Below, one piece after another: positions 36,385-44,994 of a DNA stretch of 44,994 bases. Every line of letters starts with the position of its first letter. The stretch's first letter is position 1. Origin of the DNA: Octopus sinensis (taxonomy: Eukaryota); the NCBI RefSeq assembly GCF_006345805.1, contig NW_021834701.1, positions 1-44,994 on the forward strand. The letters run 5' to 3'. The notes beneath the pieces were generated by a model. The model did not search any database, was not told the origin of the DNA, and saw only the letters and a program-made list of their open reading frames with translations. The position numbers were made by a program, and so were the translations under genes.

Positions 36385-36639
36385 AGTGTATGTGTGTGTC
36401 TGTGTGTGAGTGTGAGTGTATGTGCGTGTGTGAGTGTGTGTGTGTGTGTGAGTGTATTGTGTGTGTGAGTGTATGTATGTGACTGTGTGTGTATGTGTGA
36501 GTGTGTGTGTGAGTGTATGTGTGTGTGTGTGTGTGAGTGTATGTATGTGTATGTGTGTGTGAGTGTATGTGTGTGTGTGAGTGTATGTATGTGTGAGTGT
36601 GTGAGTGTATGCGTGTGTGTGAGTGTATGTATGTGACTG

Positions 36640-36675
<36 letters not shown>

Positions 36676-37711
36676 AGTGTGTATGTGTGTGTGTGCGTTA
36701 ATACGTGGGCGTCTGTAGGAAATAGAAATAGCTTGAGAGAGAAAATAAAGGAAAAGGAGCAGAGAAAGAGAGAGAAGGGGAAAGAGAGGAGGCACAAGGT
36801 GCAAATAGTGTTTGTCAGAGGTGAAAGGTGAAAGGTGAAAGGTGAAAGGTCATCAGACAAAACGCCAGGACGAATGTGGAAGTCTGGTATTTTTGTTCCT
36901 TTAACTACTTTCCCGTCAAACGCTCCCTCTCCTTTCTCTCTCTCTCTCCCTCTTCTCTCTCTCTCTCCCTCCTTTCTCTCTCTCTCTCCCCCTCCTTTCT
37001 CTCTCTCTCTCTCTCTCGCTCCCTCTCTCTCTCCCTCCTTTCTATCTGTCTCTGTATCTCTCTTTCCCTCCCGCTCCTTTCTCTCTCTTAGGCTCCTTTC
37101 TCTCTCTCTCTCTCTCTCTCTCTTTCCTGATCTTTTGTCTCTCTTCCGCTGCTTTCTCTCTCTCTCTCTCTCTCTCTTTCCTGATCTTTTGTCTCTCTTC
37201 CGCTGCTTTCTCTCTCTCTCTCTCTCTCTCTTTCCTGATCTTTTGTCTCTCTTCCGCTGCTTTCTCTCTCTCTCCCTCCCTCTCCGTCTCTTTATCTCTC
37301 TCTCTCTCTCGCTTCTTCCTCTCTGTCTCTTTATCTCTCTCACTCTCTCCCTCTCGCTGCTTTCTCTCTCTGTCTGTCTCTTTATCTCTCTCACTCTCTC
37401 CCTCTCGCTCCTTTCTATCTCTGTCTGTCTCTTTATCTCTCTCTCCCTCCAGGTCCTTTCTCTCTCTCCTTCCTCTCTGTCTCTTTATCTCTCTCTCTTC
37501 CCGCTCCATTCTCTCTGTCTCTCGCTCCATTCTCTCTGTCTCTCTCGCACTCCTTTCTCTCTCTCTCCCGTTCCTTTCTCTCTCCCCCGCTCCTTTCTCT
37601 CTCTCTCTCTCCCGCACCTTTCTCTCTCTCTCTCCCGCTCCTTTCTCTCTCTCTCTCTCTCCCGCTCCTTTCTCTCTCTCTCCCACTTCTTTCTCTATCT
37701 CCCCCGCTCCA

Positions 37712-37743
<32 letters not shown>

Positions 37744-37748
37744 GCCGC

Positions 37749-37780
<32 letters not shown>

Positions 37781-37800
37781 TCCGCTCCTTTCTCTCTGTC
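36140..37800. repeat. (GT)-rich tract 36140-36700 and (CT)-rich tract 36930-37800
   Basis: Directly visible. Confidence 0.93.
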
Positions 37801-38019
37801 TGTTTATCTTCAACATGAAATTGACTATTATATATGTAAATTGATTTTTTTTTCTATGTTCACACACTCCATTTTGTTCGTTTGTTTGTCCAGCAAAATG
37901 AAAGTAAATGGTTTCAATGGAAGCTATTGTTTTTCCTATCTATGTAAAATCGAAATTCTGTCTTTTCCTTTCTCCGGAAAAATGAAAGTACTTGGTTCAA
38001 GGGAAGCTACTGCGCTATT

Positions 38020-38585
38020 GCCAAACTTGTTACACTCGATCCAATATGTAATTCAACTGATTGCGTCAATGATTTGGTGGATGTAATCTTTCCTAATCTT
38101 CTTTATAATTAATCATAACAATACAGATTGAATCTGTGAGCGATCAATCCTGGCTCCAAAACATGTTGAAATAAGCTTGCAGGAGAAATATTCACTTAAT
38201 TGAGAGTTGTTGACGATCAGGATGTTGTTCACGATCAGGATGTTGTTCACGATCAGGATGTTGTTAACTACCCCATCGAATTTATGAACTTACTGGAACC
38301 ACCCGGTACAGCTCCTCATTGGCTTCAGCTCAAAAAAGGGACCCCTATTATGCTCAACCAAAATTATCCAATGGTACAAAATTAATTGAGCACAAACTTA
38401 TGACGAAGTGCATCGAGGCAAATACTCTCACTGGTGGTGGCAAAGGTGAGACTGCCTTCATTCCTCGTGTACTAGTTATACCATCTGATGTCTCATTCCA
38501 AATGAAACGGTTACAGTTTCCCATCCAACATTCTTTTGTCATCAGCATAAATAAAATTTAGGGTTAAACACTAAAAGTAACTGGT
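38020..38585 (+). pseudogene. Helitron-type PIF1 helicase C-terminal remnant
   Basis: CERSILAPKH, YPIEFMNLLEPPGTAPHWLQLKKGTPIML, PKLSNGTKL, IPRVLVIPSDVSFQMKRLQFPI..F..SINK; frameshifts and stops. Confidence 0.85.
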
Positions 38586-38929
38586 CTGAAACTTGTGAGT
38601 GGATTTAGTAGACGGAAACTGAAAGAAGCCCGTCGCATATATGTATATATCAATGCCGTGAGACATTCTTGTTAATGTCTCATTTATACCTGCTTTATAT
38701 GGCTAATAGGTTAAATGGGACATACCTGTCTTCACGGCCGAAACAGCTGTCAGCTACAATGTAAATGTATTTTCTATTTCTATTTCTATGTCTTGTTATA
38801 TTTGTAATATATTATGTATAATGTCATTGCTGTTGTGTAATGGTTTAATAAAGTATTGATTGGGTATTTAATAAAGTATTGATGGTTGATGATTGATTTA
38901 GGTATGTTTCTCCATTGTCTCATTTTGTC

Positions 38930-38978
<49 letters not shown>

Positions 38979-39334
38979 ATATATATATATATATATAATA
39001 TATTATATAAATATTAGGGAATAAATCCAAACTTACAGGGAAAAATCAGATTTAGGATTGAATCCAATTTTATAGTAAAATATTATATTATATTATATAA
39101 ATTATATCAAATTAGGGATAAAACCACTATTAGGCATATCATACAATGAAAAACTTGAAAATTTAAAGAAATTAACAGCCATGAAACGATCGTAGTGTTG
39201 TATTAATTATATTTTTTCAATAATTTTGATATTTATTTAAATAATATAAATTAAATAATCTTATGTATTGGCTTAAGTTTTTCATTGTATGATTTGCCTA
39301 ATAGTGGTTTTATCTCTAATTTAATATAATATAC

Positions 39335-39421
<87 letters not shown>

Positions 39422-39429
39422 TGCGTGTG

Positions 39430-39652
39430 TGTGTTTGTGTGTATGTGTTTGTCCCCCTAGCATTGCTTGACAACCGATGCTGGTGTGTTTATGTCCCCGT
39501 TACTTAGCAGTTCGGCAAAAGAGACCGATAGGATAAGTACTGGGCTTACAAAAGAATAAGTCGCGGGGTCAGTTTGCTCGACTAAAGGCGGTGCTCCAGC
39601 ATGGCCGCAGTCAAATGACTGAAACAAGTAAAAAGAGTAAAGAGTAAGAGTA
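39430..39652 (+). mobile_element. SINE 3' half preceded by (GATA)n
   Basis: Tail motifs as in the other copies. Confidence 0.85.
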
Positions 39653-40099
39653 TTGTTTATAAAGAAATATTCACTCTTAATGCAACATGAATACTTCAAT
39701 AATTTAATTTACCATTACTATCATTACAGTCAAGAATGAGTAAATTACCTTTTTAAATTAATTGTATTATATAATTTCCATTACTGTATTGATAAATAAA
39801 TCAACACAGACAACTCACTTATTACTGTCATATAATAAACAAACAGGAGCTCATGTATGAAACTGATACATTTTCTACTTCAGTTATTACATATTTTTCT
39901 CTTCTAAAAATACACACAAACAGGAGGAGTAAACAGTAAAAGTAGTTACCCGACCAACGACGAGTGTTATTGCTAGTATGTGTGTCTGTGTGTCCACGGG
40001 TATATACACCCACACACATAAACACAAATCTTTTCTCTTTCATTTGTTCCAGTCAGTTGTCTGCGGCCATGCTGAGTTTTAGTCAGACAAATTGACCCC

Positions 40100-41585
40100 A
40101 GTTTATGAAACACCTATAAAATACATTTTCCACAGGTGGTTCCACGTGATGCTAGAAATAAAATCCTAATACCATCAGTCTAGTAGGAATCAGTAAAAGT
40201 ATAATCCTACTGGTGGTTTTATATCATACTAGAGACAACAGCCAGATTGAAGGACACGCCACAAAGCATTAATAAGTATGCTTGAAACAGAAACCAAATG
40301 TCTTCATATTCACTTTCTTCTAATAAAAACTGAAGGACACTGAAGTATTTTAAAAGGAAATTGACCTCTAGGGTTTGTCCCTACATGCTAGAAAGAAAAG
40401 CTAATGATCTTGAAATTTATACTGCTTTTCATATAAACACTGAAGGACGCAATACGAAGCATCTATAGAAGAATATTTTTGTAGGGGTAACTAGAAACCC
40501 TGCTGGTTTTCTTCAACGTTTCCTAACCCAGGATGGGTGATGGGTTCATCACTTTGAGCCAGGAACAAAGGGACAGTCCATGCATTGGAAACCCAGCCTC
40601 ACCTGCTCCAAAGAAGGACAAGGTCGTTTCACCAACATGAAAGGCGATGAACTCACTGTTTTGTGATATATATTGACCATCTCGAAAAGGGCCAAAACCA
40701 CCAACGGAGAGTGCTTTGCCAACTTCCTGAGGCAGTTGTGGAATGCTCTCAAGACCAAACGCCAAGGAAAACTGAAGAATGGGGAATTGTTTCATCAAGA
40801 CAATGCTCCAGCACACAAGTCCTTCGTTTCAATGGTTGCCGTGCGTGACTGTGGCTTTGAACAGGTTAATCGCCCTCCCTATTCCCCTGATTTGGCCCCA
40901 TCTGATCCCCAACATGAAATAACATTTGGCTGGGAACCAGTATCGCAGTGATGATGATGTCATATCTTCTGTCGATGCCTTTTTTTGTTGTTGTTGCTCA
41001 ACAGGATGAGCGCTTCTTCAGCAAACGGAGCCAAGCACTGCAACACCAAAGGGATGAGAGAGGTAAAGAGAGAAAGAAAAAGAGAAAAGGGATAAAGAAA
41101 GGAAGAAGGGAGACAGAGAGAAAAGTGATCTTTGTTCTTGTTTTGTTTAGAAGAAATTTCGGGACTTCAAGGGGGGACTATATCGGAAAATAAACCCCAT
41201 TTGGTCACCTTCCGTGAGAGAATCTTGGTCAGCCTATGGACCTTTCAGCCGACCCCCGAAAAAGGTATTCCTACAAAATACTTTCCTGCATGTGGTTTCA
41301 TATAATGCTGGAAATAACAGCTAAGTCGTCACAAATTTGTGTTGTTCTCCCCCTTATGCAATATTTAGATGGCGAACACACATAATCTCTCTCTCTCCCT
41401 CCCGACTTTACTCCACCTCTCTTGCTTTTTCTCACTCTCTTTATCATTAGCTCTCTCTCTCTCTCTCTCAGCTTTTCTCTCTCTTTTACTAAACATTTTT
41501 CTTTCATTTTATGTCCCTCCCCCTTTCGCTATCCCTCTCTGACATATTTTTCTTTTCCCTCTCTTCTTCCCTCCCACCACGAATG

Positions 41586-41619
<34 letters not shown>

Positions 41620-42490
41620 GCAGCCCCTACCGCCCTGTCAAAAAATCACGTAATTCCAAGGGAGGCTACAACTATCTTCGAAAGGTATAGAGTTATCTCC
41701 CTTCAAACAGTTATAAATTTGGATTCGAAAGAAAATTAATTAATTTTGTAGTTCATAATTCATATAATTAAATACTGTGGGTATTGAACAAGAATTTAAG
41801 AAAGATTTACGGAAAGAAATTCGCGACATGTGATTTTGCGTCATGCTAGGAATAACAGTCAACTACCCTGAAATTTGCGTCGATTTTTATACAAATTAGG
41901 ACACCTTAAGAATTTGTGCCATATATGGTCATTCTTCATGCTAGACTACATTAAGCAAGAGCCTTCAAATTGGTTTCGATTTCTCGTATGCAAATAGGAC
42001 ACTTAACCATCTCTAAAATATAATGAACAATATATGGTCCCACATATTGCGAGAAATAGCAACCAAATGGCCTTAAATCTGTGATGTGATGTGTATAAAA
42101 ATTGAAGGACACTTGAGGACGAAGCATCTGTAAGAATATTGTACTACAGGTGGGGTCTCACATCATGGTAGACATAACAAACAAGAACCTTTCAATTTCC
42201 GTGTAGTGTTTGTGTGTATAAATACGAAGGACACTTTTAGAATTAATTATAAAATATTATCCTATAAGTAGACTCACATCATGCTAGAAACAACAACTAA
42301 ATGCCAACAGAATTGCATTGTTTCTCATATGAAACAAACAGTCTTTCCGTCTCTTAACAAACATGTTATTCCGGGGCTTCTGTTGTTTATTCCTATCCTA
42401 AATGTTGAGGGCCGGGAAACAAGGACGCGTGTACCCTCCATCGGTTCTTACCTATCTATGCTAGAAACAGTAGCCAAGTGCCTTGAAGTC
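40100..42490. repeat. Old ~95-120-bp repeat array in two blocks (40100-40500, 41835-42490) with ATGCTAGAAA and GAAGGACAC boxes
   Basis: Box 1 at 40149, 40226, 40278, 40385, 41843, 41938, 42046, 42165, 42281, 42458; box 2 at 40249, 40332, 40442, 41898, 41996, 42104, 42226, 42421. Confidence 0.75.
40505..41050 (+). mobile_element. Second mariner transposase remnant
   Basis: LTQDG*WVHHFEPGTKGQS, LFHQDNAPAHKS, RPPYSPDLAPSD, HLAGNQYRSDDDV; no TIRs identified. Confidence 0.85.
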
Positions 42491-42599
42491 TAGTAAAAAG
42501 GCTGAGAAAAAAATAATCCTTAACTGGTCAGGCGGATTCGGCGAACACTTACATTAGCTCCATCATATATTACTGCCTGACCGTTGTGCCTCGCCTCAT

Positions 42600-42900
42600 T
42601 TCAAGTCTAACCGACCTGGAGCGCTTGCCATTCCGCTCTCTGTGCGACGGATGCATTCCACTGGCCAAGCGCTGCATTTGCAGTCAACAACTGCTCAACG
42701 AACGATTGGACATGCTGTAGCTGATTACACGCAGGTATGCACTGAGGCTGCGACCTCTCTCCATCGATTCCTTGACGGTGAACATGTGTGGTCGCTGTTT
42801 CCCCCCAGTTTCTCTCAATCGGAGGCCGAAACAGCTGGAATATGGTCGAGCCCTGGCGATCCTCTACCGGTGGGATAATGTAGCTGTTGGAAGTTCCATA
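42600..42900 (-). mobile_element. Possible RTE-like LINE 3' remnant
   Basis: Only WNASVAQRAEWQAL and SRNRWREV resemble the RTE C-terminus; weak. Confidence 0.25.
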
Positions 42901-44139
42901 TTGGATTTTGACAGAGGATTTGTGGGATTTGATTCTTTGGGAAAAGGAGGACATCGTCAGGGAGTTACCAGAATCAATAGCACGCCATGTAAACTGCATA
43001 GCAACATGTAGTGAATCTCTACGTTCTGAGTTCAAATCCCGCCGAGGTCAACTTTGCCTTTTGCTCCTTTCTGGATCGACGAAATAGTAACCAGTCAAGT
43101 ACTGGGTCGATGATACCAACTAGACCCCTAGACCAAAATTTCAGGCCTTGTACCTATGCTAGAAATCATTATTATTGTTCCGTCTTGCTCTATCTGATAA
43201 CTGAATAATATATGAGGTAAGGGGAACATCTCTAACTGAGGCGAAAATGAGAGAGGAGAGAGGTGGCACTAATTGCAACTCGACACTGAAAGATTCCAAG
43301 TGAGAAGTTGACAGAGATTCGCTCGGATATATCTTAATAATCCGTTTAAATCATAGATTTCTTTATGTGAACTTATTAACGCTACAGTAATTCTATCCAA
43401 GTAGAAACCCCATAAAAAGTTTAAAAAAGTGAAAAAAAAGGTCAATTTTGCCTTTCATCCCTTGGGGGTCGATAATAAAGTACCAGTGAAACACTGGGGA
43501 TCAGTATAATCAATCAATCCCTCCACCAAATTTCAAGCTTTGGGCAACAGTGGAAGGGTTGTTCACAGCGAAAAGGGATTGCTTCGATGATGATATCTTT
43601 GAAGAAACGTAAATATCGGAAGAGTTTATATTCCAATTAACGAAGAGGATGGAGGGAGCAACTGGTTTCTCTTGCATAATTGCACAACGGTTTCACAAAC
43701 ACTTTATCAGTATTTTGGGGGTTTTTTGTATACGTATCTGCATGCATATATATGTATGTGTGCATGCACGTGTGTGTGTGTGTGTGTATATATATAAATA
43801 TATATATATATAAATAAAAACTTACTTGGAGAAGAGAAACGACGCGTGCATTCGGTCATATAATAACAATAGAATAAATAATTAAAATATATGCATATAT
43901 ACGTACATATATGTACGTACTTACATCTACATGTATATATACGAGCATATATAGATATATATATATGAGTACAGGACACCACAAATAAACGTAGAACACA
44001 ACGAGAACGAAAACATAATCAAACAAGGAAACGGACTTTTTTAAAACGAAAAAACAGAGTACAGGACAAACAATACAAGGAAAATTCCACTTCATCAGCT
44101 GCCCCTGGTTCGACTCAATGCGTGTTTCAAAGGTATATA

Positions 44140-44206
<67 letters not shown>

Positions 44207-44232
44207 AATCTATCTATCTATCTATCTATCTC

Positions 44233-44270
<38 letters not shown>

Positions 44271-44291
44271 CATCCATCTCTCTCTCTCTCC

Positions 44292-44332
<41 letters not shown>

Positions 44333-44339
44333 TATATAT

Positions 44340-44534
44340 CAGGGGTCCCCCACCTTTCTTGCCGACCGCTGAGGGGTCGTCAAACCTTAAGAGCAGGGTC
44401 ACGTAGCCTCGCTGGAAGTGGCTTGGGATGTATTAATTAATTAAAATGTAAATCAAGCTGTTGATAGTTCGGGGGTCGCATGGGCTTCAAGCTTTGCTAA
44501 GGGGTCGCAAGTGCAGAAGCATTGGGAACTACTG
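44340..44534. mobile_element. hAT (Charlie-like) MITE
   Basis: Imperfect TIRs CAGGGGTCCCCCA / TGGGAACTACTG; flanks ATATATAT / ATATACAT. Confidence 0.65.
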
Positions 44535-44589
44535 ATATACATATATACACACACATACACCTCGTATTTCTCCATTTTCTTATCTTGTA

Positions 44590-44627
<38 letters not shown>

Positions 44628-44877
44628 ATATATTATATATATTATATATATAATGTATTATATAATATTTCTTTATTGCCCACTAGGGGCTAAACATAGA
44701 GGGGACAAACAAGGACAGACAAAGGGATTAAGTCGATTACATCGACCCCAGTGCGATACTGGTACTTAATTTATCGACCCCGAATGCATCAAAGAACAAA
44801 GTCGACCTCGGAGCTGGCAGAATCGTTTGCATGCCGGCCAAAATGTGTAATGGTATTTCGTGTGTCTTTTCACTTTA

Positions 44878-44994
44878 TAGGCGCAGGAGTGGCTGTGTGG
44901 TAAGTAGCTTCCTTACCAACCACATGGTTCCGGGTTCAGTCCCACTGCGTAGCACCTTGGGCAAGTGTCTTCTACTATAGCCTCAGGCTGACAA
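44878..44994 (+). mobile_element. SINE 5' part, runs off the window
   Basis: Head GGCGCAGGAGTGGCTGTGTGG. Confidence 0.88.

Noticed and set aside
36820-36875. (GGTGAAA)4 repeat next to a minus-strand CTGATGA
   Set aside because: No downstream GAAA or stem II; a short simple repeat with no supportable function.
44080-44125. Minus-strand GAAAC...CTGATGA (type II-like order)
   Set aside because: Stems I and III do not pair; it may be an eroded Penelope-like end but cannot be supported.

Overview
AT-rich eukaryotic DNA saturated with microsatellites and SINEs. The repeat families are most consistent with an octopod cephalopod (inference). There is one clear host gene: an intronless, multiple-cysteine-cluster Toll-like receptor on the minus strand (ATG 19732 to TAA 15084, about 1549 aa once a single missing G at 16053 is restored). 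Its TIR domain is atypical and split by two ~110-aa low-complexity inserts. About 9 kb downstream lies a diverged copy of the TLR N-terminal segment, inside which a 29-bp piece of TLR-derived sequence has expanded to ~70 tandem copies. The rest is mobile DNA: two mariner remnants, an R4/Dong-like LINE, an RT-deleted Tx1-like LINE, non-autonomous Helitrons (one perfect head-to-tail dimer), a Helitron helicase remnant, hAT MITEs and several SINE families. The most striking non-coding structure is a set of type I hammerhead-ribozyme motifs with palindromic stem III, mostly inside foldback elements. These include a ~470-bp palindrome with one intact hammerhead, and a degenerate one in the probable TLR 3' UTR. 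There is also an old ~110-bp two-box repeat array. Almost all other ORFs in the track are microsatellite artefacts. All alignments and folds were done by eye, not computed.
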